63,720 bases of DNA, filler included, from Lama guanicoe (GCA_013239625.1; 194 parts of 194 records of this genome joined end to end with filler, not necessarily neighbours in it); one strand, 5' to 3'. Positions 50,890-63,720 are shown, counted from the whole stretch's first letter. Notes: generated by a model not told the origin, from the sequence alone. Numbers and translations are program-made.

Positions 50890-52695
50890 NNNNNNNNNNN
50901 NNNNNNNNNNNNNNNNNNNNNNNNNNNNNNNNNTTAATTAATTAANNNNNNNNNNNNNNNNNNNNNNNNNNNNNNNNNNNNNNNNNNNNAAAGTAATAAT
51001 ATTCAAGTATATTTTATAAATCATTTTCTGAGTTAAAATATATAAAATACACTTATTAAAATTTTTTTTGACAAGAACATCTACACTTCAGCTTCCAATT
51101 TACTTTATATTGGTCTCATGGAATCAAGAACATTTGGAGTCCCACAATGAAGTATCACAAAAAGCATTTCATCAACAAGAGAAAGGACAAAAATCACATG
51201 ATCATCTCAATCGATGCANNNNNNNNNNNNNNNNNNNNNNNNNNNNNNNNNNNNNNNNNNNNTTAATTAATTAANNNNNNNNNNNNNNNNNNNNNNNNNN
51301 NNNNNNNNNNNNNNNNNNGATGGATAAACATCTGTGGGTCTATCCGTCACAGATGATGGAGATCAAAATTTTTTTTCTCATGTTCAAAAGCCACTTAAAA
51401 TTTTCCAGGAAAATAAAAAGCATAATATGATATTCAAAATAAATGACAGTGTTTAAGCACTGAAATATGTATTATTCAGCGTCTGTTTCATCTAACCGGT
51501 TAATCACTGCATCAACTTAACCTTGAAGTCCAAATCAACTTTGGCTTNNNNNNNNNNNNNNNNNNNNNNNNNNNNNNNNNNNNNNNNNNNNTTAATTAAT
51601 TAANNNNNNNNNNNNNNNNNNNNNNNNNNNNNNNNNNNNNNNNNNNNCAGGTCATTGCCTGACTGACTCCCCCTTCAGATCGCATCTCGAAGCACCTCCC
51701 TGAGCAGGCAGGCGCACGCAAGGCCGGGCTCCTCCTCCTCCCCGCGCGGCCACCCCGGACTTGGACCTGAGGCTCCTCAAGACACGCTGAAGAAGGACTG
51801 CAGCTGGGGGCCAGCCGGGCCGGGCAGGCTGGCGGTGCGGGGAGGACAAGGGACAGCAGCCACGGCAAAGGTGCATNNNNNNNNNNNNNNNNNNNNNNNN
51901 NNNNNNNNNNNNNNNNNNNNTTAATTAATTAANNNNNNNNNNNNNNNNNNNNNNNNNNNNNNNNNNNNNNNNNNNNTAGGAGGGGAGCTGGCCCAACTGG
52001 GGTTGCCCGTTTCATTCGTCTCTCGCGGGGACCCCGCTCCCCCATTTGTTCCGAAGAACCACAGAGTCAGCTCGCTCAGAAAGCCTTCCCAGCAACCGGC
52101 AGCGCTACCAAGTCAAGGCTGAGCGCAAACAGCGCCGAGCAGTCAAGATGCCGCTGGCTCTCCTCCAAAGGCGCCCTGCTCAACAGCGCTTCCCCTGGTC
52201 CTGCTNNNNNNNNNNNNNNNNNNNNNNNNNNNNNNNNNNNNNNNNNNNNTTAATTAATTAANNNNNNNNNNNNNNNNNNNNNNNNNNNNNNNNNNNNNNN
52301 NNNNNAAAGCAAGTAATTAACACGGGGAAGTTTTCCATGATATAATCTGCGCAGCTACACGTCTCCTCCGCCAGAAGTATGATGATACAAGAAAGTTATC
52401 AGAATGTCACCACTTGACAAGCCCGAATGAGAGAATGGATGTAAGCCATCCACATCAGCAGCTGCTACCACAGCAGAAAGAGACACAACCAGACAGCATG
52501 TGCTTCCTGAGAAATTTCACCAGACCAGCAACACNNNNNNNNNNNNNNNNNNNNNNNNNNNNNNNNNNNNNNNNNNNNTTAATTAATTAANNNNNNNNNN
52601 NNNNNNNNNNNNNNNNNNNNNNNNNNNNNNNNNNCAATTCAGAAAAGGAAAAGCTGAATGTGGACATTTTCCTTCAATTCTTGAGTTTATGCTAC

Positions 52696-52863
52696 TGAGA
52701 CAGGAGGGAAGAGGGCAGGGCACATCCATTAAAAGAATGACACAGCAACTAGCACCAAGATGGTGGAAGATTCAATCCCAGTAGACCTTGAGCTTCAATA
52801 TACACTCATTGAAACACAATAGCGTGCTAAATGGGCCTCCAACGGGTGCCAGGACAGTTTCAA
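52696..52863 (+). mobile_element. ERV LTR 5' end
   Basis: Begins TGAGACAGGAGGGAAG..GGGCAC..AAAAGAATGAC..ACCAAGATGGTGGAAGATTCAA, resembling a recalled cetartiodactyl LTR. Confidence 0.6.
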
Positions 52864-54608
52864 NNNNNNNNNNNNNNNNNNNNNNNNNNNNNNNNNNNNN
52901 NNNNNNNTTAATTAATTAANNNNNNNNNNNNNNNNNNNNNNNNNNNNNNNNNNNNNNNNNNNNCCCCTCATGACCCATCCCTGTGCACCCCACACACCCC
53001 ATAGACCCCAAACACCCACATGTTCCCTATGTCCTGCTGCTGGAACACTTACCCCAGGAATCAAAGCAGCCTGACCTCCTCCAGGTCTTCATCCAGAGGC
53101 CACCTCCTCAGGGAGGACTTCCTGACCACCTATTTGGGAGAACACCTCCCCAGGGTCCATAACTGCCCTGCAGACCACAGATCTCCTATTTTNNNNNNNN
53201 NNNNNNNNNNNNNNNNNNNNNNNNNNNNNNNNNNNNTTAATTAATTAANNNNNNNNNNNNNNNNNNNNNNNNNNNNNNNNNNNNNNNNNNNNGGACACCC
53301 TGAGGAGAGTCTTTCCTCAAGGAAGCCTTGCGTTGAGAACATCTTTGTGTTTTCCTGATAATGCAGGAAGCCTCTACCATCTTGTCCCTCTTTATCTGAC
53401 AGAGTTGTTTGGGAGGAATACATTCTCTCACGTCAGTGGAGAAGAGCTAACAGGTGGAAAACGTTTTATGGCACCCCCTGAGGCTTTATGCATTGAAGGT
53501 TTAGAAGCATTAAGTTTTATCNNNNNNNNNNNNNNNNNNNNNNNNNNNNNNNNNNNNNNNNNNNNTTAATTAATTAANNNNNNNNNNNNNNNNNNNNNNN
53601 NNNNNNNNNNNNNNNNNNNNNCTGCCCAGGCTTCTCCCCTGGCTCTCACCCCCCAGACCATCTGCCAGCTCGCAACACTTGGGCCACGGGAAACTCTGGG
53701 ACTGTCCAGGGTTGGGCTTGCATCGCCACAATCAGATACACACAAAGCCCCACACATATACTGAGAGATACACAGATATCCAGGGAAACAGGCAGACACT
53801 CTGTCCACTCTAACAGGCTGAGAGACACTCATGCACGCACCAACACAAGCNNNNNNNNNNNNNNNNNNNNNNNNNNNNNNNNNNNNNNNNNNNNTTAATT
53901 AATTAANNNNNNNNNNNNNNNNNNNNNNNNNNNNNNNNNNNNNNNNNNNNGTATCAGGTGGGGCTGGGGTGAGCCATCTGACCCGCCCCACAGCATGAGC
54001 TTGTTCAAGGGATGAAGAGCAAGACAGAGAACTTAATATCCTCATTTAAGCCCTGGGTGGGGCTGTGACTGAAACTTTAATGCTGTCAGACTCCTGGTAC
54101 ATGAAGCCCAGTGTGTTCCCTTTTGAGAAAGCTGCTCTGAGTTGGGTGTCTGTCATTAACTGGAAGGACTGCTGACTAANNNNNNNNNNNNNNNNNNNNN
54201 NNNNNNNNNNNNNNNNNNNNNNNTTAATTAATTAANNNNNNNNNNNNNNNNNNNNNNNNNNNNNNNNNNNNNNNNNNNNCAGATCGGTCGCTGCCAGCTG
54301 CCCTCCCTCTCCCAGTGTGTTTGCGTTGTGATTTAACCAATCCTTCTTCCCTGGGAACCCAGGAGGGGAAGCTGGCGTCAGTCACCCCTTCTGTGTCAGG
54401 ACCCTTCGACAAGGTAATCTCCACTTCCTCAGTGGGCAGGGCGACTCCTCCCCAGTCCAGTTGACCAGGAGATGAATGTCCTGGCATTGGCCTTGGGAGC
54501 TCAAAGGANNNNNNNNNNNNNNNNNNNNNNNNNNNNNNNNNNNNNNNNNNNNTTAATTAATTAANNNNNNNNNNNNNNNNNNNNNNNNNNNNNNNNNNNN
54601 NNNNNNNN

Positions 54609-54837
54609 TCGGTATAACTTTGAATTATAAAGGCCTGAATTGTAAGAAGTTTCTCCCTTAAGAAAAAGTTTTGATTCCTTAACTGAGATAGAAACTGAGA
54701 ATTAAAACAGAAAATATTTTTAGTCATCATGAATTGTCTTCTTCTGATCTCTTTTGAATCAGTTCAAAAGTCGTATCTTTTTGATAGCTGAAGTCATTTA
54801 CTAAGAATTTTGTCTTAACCACAGAGACTATCATTTT
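54609..54837 (+). repeat. Near-duplicate contig F1 (partner 55267-55495)
   Basis: 6 substitutions with identical ends. Confidence 0.97.
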
Positions 54838-55266
54838 NNNNNNNNNNNNNNNNNNNNNNNNNNNNNNNNNNNNNNNNNNNNTTAATTAATTAANNNNNNN
54901 NNNNNNNNNNNNNNNNNNNNNNNNNNNNNNNNNNNNNCCTAGTGGTTTTGACAACCAGACTATCCCCACATATTTTCAAATGGATTTTAGCAGAGAGGTA
55001 CAAACCCCTCATGAACCACATTACATAAAAACAAAGAATGAATAATACTGCAGAACAATGGACACAGAAATCAGACATTTCAGAAGAGCAAGAAAATGGT
55101 TTCAGAAACTGATATTTCTTTTAGTGCATAGAAAAGGGACCTTTCTTGAAAGGATTGTGAGGAATTNNNNNNNNNNNNNNNNNNNNNNNNNNNNNNNNNN
55201 NNNNNNNNNNTTAATTAATTAANNNNNNNNNNNNNNNNNNNNNNNNNNNNNNNNNNNNNNNNNNNN

Positions 55267-55495
55267 TCGGTATAACTTTGAATTATAAAGGCCTGAATTG
55301 TAAGAAGTTTCTCCCGTAAGAAAAAGTTTTGATTCTTTAACTGAGATAGAAATTGAGAATTAAAACAGAAAATATTTTTAGTCATCATGAATTGTCTCCT
55401 TCTGTTCTCTTTTGAATCAGTTCAAAAGTCGTATCTTTTTGATAGTTGAAGTCATTTACTAAGAATTTTGTCTTAACCACAGAGACTATCATTTT
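55267..55495 (+). repeat. Near-duplicate contig F2
   Basis: Aligns end to end with 54609-54837. Confidence 0.97.
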
Positions 55496-57240
55496 NNNNN
55501 NNNNNNNNNNNNNNNNNNNNNNNNNNNNNNNNNNNNNNNTTAATTAATTAANNNNNNNNNNNNNNNNNNNNNNNNNNNNNNNNNNNNNNNNNNNNTAAGG
55601 TATGAAATATAGAATCAGTCACAAGGCTGCACTGACAATAAAAAAAAAAACAAAAACAAAAAACTTTACTGTGGCTTTTATAAAAGCCTAAATATCTGAC
55701 TTCTATGCCCAACAGGTATAAAAACTCAATTTGGCTTTAATGGGTAAAAATAATGAAAAAATATTTCTTACATTTCTAGTATATAGCATTTAGTGTCATC
55801 AGATAGACCACTGGGTTGTAAAACNNNNNNNNNNNNNNNNNNNNNNNNNNNNNNNNNNNNNNNNNNNNTTAATTAATTAANNNNNNNNNNNNNNNNNNNN
55901 NNNNNNNNNNNNNNNNNNNNNNNNGAGTTGTTTGCTCCACCTTCTGGGCTTCTATAAGCCTTGGTTCTCTCTATATATTTTCACTCATTCAACAACCAAT
56001 AAATAGTCACTGAGCCTCCACTATTCTAGCCTCCACTATTCTAGAGTTGTGCATACCACAGGGGGCAAACGGACAAGCTCTCTGAACTTACTTGAGGAGA
56101 CAGACAGTAAATGGGGGGAAATGCACGTATAACATATCAGGCAGTTAAAAGGANNNNNNNNNNNNNNNNNNNNNNNNNNNNNNNNNNNNNNNNNNNNTTA
56201 ATTAATTAANNNNNNNNNNNNNNNNNNNNNNNNNNNNNNNNNNNNNNNNNNNNACCTGCCTGAGGCAAAGCCAGAGCCGGCCCACAGCACCACTCTCGGG
56301 ACTGGCTGCCTGGGAGCAGGCCCGCTGCCCTGCCCGGCACACAGCAGGAGGCAGGGGCTGTGGGCCCACTCCCCGGCCCCAGGAGGAGCTGGCCGCCACC
56401 ACAGGGCAGCAGGGGTGTTCTAAGTGCGCTCAGAGGCATGACCTCATTTAGAATGAATTCTGTTTGAAAGGTTCAAACCAAANNNNNNNNNNNNNNNNNN
56501 NNNNNNNNNNNNNNNNNNNNNNNNNNTTAATTAATTAANNNNNNNNNNNNNNNNNNNNNNNNNNNNNNNNNNNNNNNNNNNNAGTGGGCCAGAAAGAGAA
56601 AGAAAAGTGCCATATGACATCACTTATATGTAGACTCTAAAAGAAAAAGGACACAAGTGAGCTACTTATTGTTTATAACTTAGATGACTGATGTCTTGAA
56701 TATGTGTGAGCACATTTGACTGTCGTTTATGATTGGATTACTTCATTCTGTTGGGATTTTTATTTTGTGGTTGGCTTTATTCCTTTGATGACTGTGTAAA
56801 TTTAAAAAGCTNNNNNNNNNNNNNNNNNNNNNNNNNNNNNNNNNNNNNNNNNNNNTTAATTAATTAANNNNNNNNNNNNNNNNNNNNNNNNNNNNNNNNN
56901 NNNNNNNNNNNAACCACAGGTTTGTATTCTGTCTATGAGTCTGTTTCTGTTTTGTATTTAGACCATCAAGTCCTCTTAATCATTTGATCTTCTCAATCCC
57001 AGCGACCATCTTCCCTATTTCACATTGGTCACTACTCCCCAAGCCACCTAAATCTTTTCATCATGTTTCATTTTATGCATAAGTCTTAACTTTCTCTCCA
57101 GCTAGCTTGGTCAACTTCTGCCCAAATGGTTTTTGAGCCTNNNNNNNNNNNNNNNNNNNNNNNNNNNNNNNNNNNNNNNNNNNNTTAATTAATTAANNNN
57201 NNNNNNNNNNNNNNNNNNNNNNNNNNNNNNNNNNNNNNNN

Positions 57241-57469
57241 AAACCCAAACTGAGCTAACAGGTGAAGAACTATCTCTCCCAAAGCTAATGTGTGTAAGTC
57301 TGGAAAAGGACCTTGATTACACAAATGCACAAATACCAACATTAATTCTCTTCAAGAAGTTTAGTAATCTACAAGAAAACACAAACAACTAACCAAAATT
57401 AGGAAAACAATGCATAAACAAAACAAGAAGTTTGACAAGGAAATAGCAACCACCAAAAAAAAAAAAAAA
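57241..57469 (+). mobile_element. L1 5'/ORF1 fragment
   Basis: 'ctacaagaaaacaca..aaattaggaaaacaatgcataaacaaaacaagaagtttgacaaggaaatag' resembles the ORF1 coiled-coil region. Confidence 0.7.
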
Positions 57470-58667
57470 NNNNNNNNNNNNNNNNNNNNNNNNNNNNNNN
57501 NNNNNNNNNNNNNTTAATTAATTAANNNNNNNNNNNNNNNNNNNNNNNNNNNNNNNNNNNNNNNNNNNNTCCCGCTGGCCGTAGCTGTCTCAGGCCCACA
57601 TGGGACGAAAATCAGTGAGTGTGAAAACAGCCCACTGTCGCCCAGTCACCCCTACCCCTGTCCCCCATTTAGTCACTGGCTCTCAGGCTCCTGGCCCAAG
57701 TCTGTTCATCTGAGTATCCACAGCCGACTTCTCTCTCCTCCACCCACTTACTCTGCCCGCTCTAACCCGGAACGCTTATGCAAGATAAAATTCCTCAGNN
57801 NNNNNNNNNNNNNNNNNNNNNNNNNNNNNNNNNNNNNNNNNNTTAATTAATTAANNNNNNNNNNNNNNNNNNNNNNNNNNNNNNNNNNNNNNNNNNNNTT
57901 AAATTATCCTCATGTCTATCTGTTGTAAATCCTGGGTCATAAAATGATTTCCTATAGCTAAAAAAATTATGATTAGCAATAACATCTAATTTTTATGCAG
58001 TTTATGCACCACTATATAAAACCTCCAAATCACTTTCTGTATATCTGCATTTTCTCATTTAGTATTCACGATTATCTTCTGAGGTGAGCTGGACAAGTAT
58101 TACTACTTATACAGAGTAGGAAACCAANNNNNNNNNNNNNNNNNNNNNNNNNNNNNNNNNNNNNNNNNNNNTTAATTAATTAANNNNNNNNNNNNNNNNN
58201 NNNNNNNNNNNNNNNNNNNNNNNNNNNGGGAGGACATCTCCCCAGCCCTCCTCCCCAGACCTTGGCAAAGAGTGCCCTGGACAGCTGCTTTGGAGGAGGT
58301 GCCAGGATCCCACTTGGTGGCCACTAGTGGGGCCAAATTGAAAGCAGCATTGGTGGCAAAAGCTTGGAAACTTTCACGGTTGCAGAGGAAGGGGTGACAC
58401 CCTTCAGAGACGGCCAGGAAGGGAGCACCTTAGTTACACGGCCAGGAAGGCATCTCNNNNNNNNNNNNNNNNNNNNNNNNNNNNNNNNNNNNNNNNNNNN
58501 TTAATTAATTAANNNNNNNNNNNNNNNNNNNNNNNNNNNNNNNNNNNNNNNNNNNNTTGCAAACACAGATAAAAAACAGGTAGGCAAACAATTCTTGTGA
58601 ATGCTGATATCACGCTTTGATAATTTTCTTGATAGAATAAGCAAAAAGGAAAATAATGTGGAGAATT

Positions 58668-58760
58668 AGAATAATGTGATTGGTACGTTGCTGTACACCT
58701 GTAAGTAACACAAGATTGTAAATCAGCTACCCTTCAATAAAAAAGAATAATGTGATTGGT
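58668..58760 (+). mobile_element. 59-bp 5'-truncated L1 insertion with perfect 17-bp target-site duplication
   Basis: AGAATAATGTGATTGGT at 58668-58684 and 58744-58760 flanks the L1 terminus 'tgctgtacacctgtaagtaacacaagattgtaaatcagctac..caataaaaa'. Confidence 0.9.
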
Positions 58761-59214
58761 GAGAATGTAATTAAGCTACAACATTNNNNNNNNNNNNNNN
58801 NNNNNNNNNNNNNNNNNNNNNNNNNNNNNTTAATTAATTAANNNNNNNNNNNNNNNNNNNNNNNNNNNNNNNNNNNNNNNNNNNNCTCTGAAGTTCCATG
58901 CCATTGCTGAACATAATCATTGGAATATTTTTGTCTGGTGTATAAATTATATCAGATTAACTTAGGGGAAGACCCTCTGGCATCTGGAAGTCTCTCAGCT
59001 CTGTTTCTCTGTGTTTTGTTGGAACATTACTCTCTGGGTACATAAATAATATATACCTTAAATCAAAATTATGCTATAAGGAAAATCCTAAAGTGTTACT
59101 GTTTTTGATTTTTTNNNNNNNNNNNNNNNNNNNNNNNNNNNNNNNNNNNNNNNNNNNNTTAATTAATTAANNNNNNNNNNNNNNNNNNNNNNNNNNNNNN
59201 NNNNNNNNNNNNNN

Positions 59215-59443
59215 AAAGTGATGGAGGAGGGGCTTGGTTCCTCTTGACTGCTTATAGTAAAACATGAGTGACAAGAGATGAATTAAAGAAGGAATTGTTA
59301 AGGAAAAACAAAAAACAGATGGGAAAGATTTGGAAAATTCTCATATTTCAAAAAAATGGGGGAGGGAGTTTGTTCAGGAAAGAACATCAAATTCAAAAGG
59401 TTACCCGTGGTGTTATCGGCTATCTCAACAGAAGCCAGGAAGA
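59215..59443 (+). mobile_element. MaLR (MLT1-type) internal sequence
   Basis: 'ctgcttatagtaaaa...aaagaaggaattgttaag...aaagatttggaaaattctca'. Confidence 0.7.
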
Positions 59444-59872
59444 NNNNNNNNNNNNNNNNNNNNNNNNNNNNNNNNNNNNNNNNNNNNTTAATTAATTAAN
59501 NNNNNNNNNNNNNNNNNNNNNNNNNNNNNNNNNNNNNNNNNNNTTCCAGCCTCTGCCATTCGGCTTGAGCCTGGGGGACAGCGCTGGACGAAAGAGCTCA
59601 GCCTGGGCAGGGGAAGGTCAAGGGAGTTCAAGGCCAGCTGCCGAGACTCCCGCCAGCAACCCAGCATATCTCCTGTCGGGGAAGGGATTCAAAGCAATGT
59701 ACCTGCTTAAAGTGGTTTAAAATTATTTTCAGTGCATAAACACTTCGAGAGACAACATAGAAGGGGGAGCATNNNNNNNNNNNNNNNNNNNNNNNNNNNN
59801 NNNNNNNNNNNNNNNNTTAATTAATTAANNNNNNNNNNNNNNNNNNNNNNNNNNNNNNNNNNNNNNNNNNNN

Positions 59873-60101
59873 GCTGTTCAGAACAGTTCCAGTTTGATGT
59901 AGTCCCAATTGTTTATTTTTGTTTTTGTTTCCCTTGTCTGAGGAAATTTATCTAGTTAAGATATTGCTAAGGCCAATGTGAAAAATCCACTGCCTATGTT
60001 TTCATCTAGGCGTTTTATGGTTTCAGGTCTTACATTCAAGTCTTCAATCCATTTTGGGTTGACTTTGTGTATGGGGTAAGATAGCGGTCTGGTTTCATTC
60101 T
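59873..60101 (-). mobile_element. L1 ORF2 fragment
   Basis: 'agtttgatgtagtccca...ttttatggtttcaggtcttacattcaagtcttcaatccatttt'. Confidence 0.9.
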
Positions 60102-61517
60102 NNNNNNNNNNNNNNNNNNNNNNNNNNNNNNNNNNNNNNNNNNNNTTAATTAATTAANNNNNNNNNNNNNNNNNNNNNNNNNNNNNNNNNNNNNNNNNNN
60201 NGAATAGAGGTGTGCTTCATCTAATTAGCTGAATGTCCTAAAGAGCAAATGCTGAGGTCCCCTGATCTCTATGTATACATATGTATGTATGAATGTTCTT
60301 TTGAATCTGTTTCTCTGAGTACCCTTACTAATACAATCCCACAGGGAAATGGATTTCTTTATTTTATCTATACAACAACCTTGTCAGTATTCCTCCCATC
60401 TACAATGGTCTCCACAAATAGGTGATAATCNNNNNNNNNNNNNNNNNNNNNNNNNNNNNNNNNNNNNNNNNNNNTTAATTAATTAANNNNNNNNNNNNNN
60501 NNNNNNNNNNNNNNNNNNNNNNNNNNNNNNTCCCAAAAGAGTCTTTCCGAAAGTCCAAAAGGTATACATTTGGCAGTCCAGTCCGATAAGGAGTGGCAGT
60601 TTGTAAAATCACCTCTTCTGCTTTTCCGTTCTTGGACTTGGCCTTATCGAATTGATAGTGTTTGAGATAACAGAGTCTCATTGTTTCAAAGATTTTATAT
60701 AAGCTCTTTGTAAAGAGGCATTCCCCGGAAGTTTCCTAGATGTTCTGAAGGTAGCCAGANNNNNNNNNNNNNNNNNNNNNNNNNNNNNNNNNNNNNNNNN
60801 NNNTTAATTAATTAANNNNNNNNNNNNNNNNNNNNNNNNNNNNNNNNNNNNNNNNNNNNAGAATTAACGTTCTGGACAGTATTTTTTCCAGCCTGAACGG
60901 GAAGGAGGCTGGCTTTCAGTCTGGGCTGAAAAGGTACTGTTTTTATTTTTATTTTTTTAATATAAAATTTTAAAAAAATTATTTATTTATTTATTTAGAA
61001 TTAAGGTATAGTCAGTTACAGCGTGTCAGTCTCTGGTAAACAGCACAATATCCCAGTCATGCATAGACATGCCTATATTAGTTTACATNNNNNNNNNNNN
61101 NNNNNNNNNNNNNNNNNNNNNNNNNNNNNNNNTTAATTAATTAANNNNNNNNNNNNNNNNNNNNNNNNNNNNNNNNNNNNNNNNNNNNTTTAGTTTCCTT
61201 TTTAGGCGAATCAGATATATTTAGCATAATCTTGATATATGTGTAGCTTCTCACATCAGGAACCTCTAGTTCCTGACCTCTGAGGACTAACTGCACAATA
61301 AGTGGCAACATTTAACTCACAGACTTTTAGAAAAACAATACAAAGTAGTATTTTACTTGCTCCTGCACAATACTGCACTTTCTCTCACTGTGAAACTAAA
61401 TGTCATTCCAGAATTTCNNNNNNNNNNNNNNNNNNNNNNNNNNNNNNNNNNNNNNNNNNNNTTAATTAATTAANNNNNNNNNNNNNNNNNNNNNNNNNNN
61501 NNNNNNNNNNNNNNNNN

Positions 61518-61722
61518 CAATATTATATGTTACAAGTGTACAATATAGTGATTCACAATTTTTAAAGGTTATACACCATTTATAGTTATTATAAAATATT
61601 GCCTATATGCCCCGTGATGTAAAATACATCCTTGTTGCTTATTTTATACCTGATAGTTTGCACCTCTTAATCCTCCACCTCCATCCTGCCCTCCCCTTCC
61701 CTCTCCCCAGTGGTAACCACTA
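61518..61722 (-). mobile_element. L1 3' UTR fragment
   Basis: 'gtacaatatagtgattcacaatttttaaaggttatacaccatttatagttattataaaatatt...tggtaaccactag'. Confidence 0.85.
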
Positions 61723-63162
61723 GTAAAAGACATCTTTTTTGATGCTNNNNNNNNNNNNNNNNNNNNNNNNNNNNNNNNNNNNNNNNNNNNTTAATTAATT
61801 AANNNNNNNNNNNNNNNNNNNNNNNNNNNNNNNNNNNNNNNNNNNNATGCAGTAACAATTTCCCACATTCTTTTTATTTTATTTTACCCCCACCAGGCTG
61901 AAGGGTCAGTAAAAATTATAAGTCAGAAATTCATGAAATGTAAAAGCAGATATAGGTCATGATTTTAATTGAAAAGAAATTTGAGAGGAAAAAAGAATCT
62001 TAGTGCTTCTAGTCAACTGATTATTACTTTTTTAAACAAGTGAAAAATGTAGGGAATCTTTATATTTGGATGACTNNNNNNNNNNNNNNNNNNNNNNNNN
62101 NNNNNNNNNNNNNNNNNNNTTAATTAATTAANNNNNNNNNNNNNNNNNNNNNNNNNNNNNNNNNNNNNNNNNNNNTAACAGCCCCAGCACCCACCTATGT
62201 GTTTGAGGTCACATTCAATTTCCCATGTTCTCTCCCCCAAGCCCTGTCCTGGAATCAGTCCTGTTATTTCTGTCCCTAAGCCCATCTCATTTCTGGTTCT
62301 GCAGGGACCGTGGCCGTAACCCCACAAGCTCACAGCATGGTGCAGGGAGTCACACTCCTCCGAAGGGTGCTCCCTGGAGGGGGAGGCATCTCCTGGCACG
62401 GGTCNNNNNNNNNNNNNNNNNNNNNNNNNNNNNNNNNNNNNNNNNNNNTTAATTAATTAANNNNNNNNNNNNNNNNNNNNNNNNNNNNNNNNNNNNNNNN
62501 NNNNCCACGTAGCCCAGCCTGCAGTGGCCCCCAGCACACGTCCCGGACTGTTTTCTGAATGCAGCCTGTGGCCTCAGTCAGGAGGAATCCCAGTCAGTGG
62601 CCCTAACTCGTCACAGAGCCATCTCTGTACCCACCCAAGCGCAGGACGCAGTGAGAGGCCCTCCCCAGCCAGAGCGCCTGTTCCGGGACCTTGTGCAGCA
62701 GCAGGGCACAGCCCGTGACCCGTCCGATCATGANNNNNNNNNNNNNNNNNNNNNNNNNNNNNNNNNNNNNNNNNNNNTTAATTAATTAANNNNNNNNNNN
62801 NNNNNNNNNNNNNNNNNNNNNNNNNNNNNNNNNGAAGAAATACTAAAGCTTCCTTGTTCACTAAAAAAAAGAAGTTAACAGTAGACAGTGTTCGAAGTCA
62901 GATGTTCTCATAACAGTAAAAGTAAGATGATAATTTTTGATTCACTTTAAGCTTCTGGTATAATCAGTGCTATATGTGTGTTTCTAGTTCCAGGTCTATT
63001 GTAAACATTTTACAAAAGCAGAGCAAAGCAAAACAAAACAAAAAACATTTTCCTATGGTTATNNNNNNNNNNNNNNNNNNNNNNNNNNNNNNNNNNNNNN
63101 NNNNNNTTAATTAATTAANNNNNNNNNNNNNNNNNNNNNNNNNNNNNNNNNNNNNNNNNNNN

Positions 63163-63391
63163 CCTTTTCCAGAATGTCATGTAGTTGGAATCGCACAGTA
63201 TGTAGCCTTTTTAGATTGACTTCTTTGGCTCAGTGTCTTTCTGTGGCTCAATAGCTCATTTCCTTTTAGAACTCTGTCATCTGGATGGACCATGCTTTAT
63301 TTTTCTGCTCACCAAGTGAGGGGCATCTTGGTTGCTTCCAAATTTTTGGCAATTATGAATAAAGCTGCTGCAAACATCTGTGTGTAGGCTT
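63163..63391 (-). mobile_element. Ancient L1M 3' fragment
   Basis: 'ccttttccagaatgtcat..ggaatc..acagtatgtagcctttt...ggcaattatgaataaagctgct'. Confidence 0.85.
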
Positions 63392-63491
63392 NNNNNNNNN
63401 NNNNNNNNNNNNNNNNNNNNNNNNNNNNNNNNNNNTTAATTAATTAANNNNNNNNNNNNNNNNNNNNNNNNNNNNNNNNNNNNNNNNNNNN

Positions 63492-63720
63492 GCCTGGGAC
63501 CTCTGTACAGGTTTGCACACACTCCATCTCCAGCCAGCCACAGCTGCCCAGAACATGCAGGTCTACACCAGGAATGCACCTACATATACAGTGCCATGCT
63601 TTCAAAACCAGGTGAAGTAACTATTTTGCCTAATTCATAGAAACAAACACAGAAAGTCAAACAAAATGAGAAGACAGAGGAATATGTTCTGGGAAAAGAA
63701 CAAGCTAAAACCCCAGAAAA
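63492..63720 (+). mobile_element. L1 5' UTR end and ORF1 start (ATG at 63666, MRRQRNMF)
   Basis: 'aaacaaaatgagaagacagaggaatatgttc' is the typical laurasiatherian L1 ORF1 start. Confidence 0.8.

Noticed and set aside
402..62785. Apparent family of small proteins ending in X-run plus LIN or N
   Set aside because: These ORFs pass the length cut-off only by reading through Ns, and LIN* is the translation of the linker.
230..63491. CRISPR-like or programmed repeat-spacer array (constant palindromic repeat, equal-length unique spacers)
   Set aside because: The repeat is a 12-mer six-frame stop embedded in fixed N runs, which is a computational linker. The spacers are 229-bp mammalian fragments and no cas genes are present.

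Overview
This window is not contiguous DNA. It is an artificial concatenation of 194 short, mostly unrelated mammalian contigs: 189 of 229 bp, four of 228 bp and one of 227 bp. They are joined by 193 identical 100-bp linkers (N44-TTAATTAATTAA-N44), whose core gives stop codons in all six frames. A Vic-1-type tRNA-derived SINE points to a camelid (alpaca/llama/camel). Six fragment pairs are near-identical with 49 invariant bases at the ends, the signature of unpopped de Bruijn bubbles at k about 49-50. Most content is L1, L2, MIR, LTR/ERV and DNA-transposon debris, simple repeats and anonymous unique sequence. Recognisable gene pieces are the promoter and first coding exon of XPO4 (missed by the ORF track, with a small upstream ORF), a frameshifted ANKRD26-family exon and a damaged HMCN2 Ig-domain exon. 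Almost all supplied ORFs are artefacts of reading into the N linkers. I find no evidence of a novel multi-gene system, and the CRISPR-like periodicity is a bioinformatic construct. All protein and repeat-family identities are from recalled sequences, not database searches.
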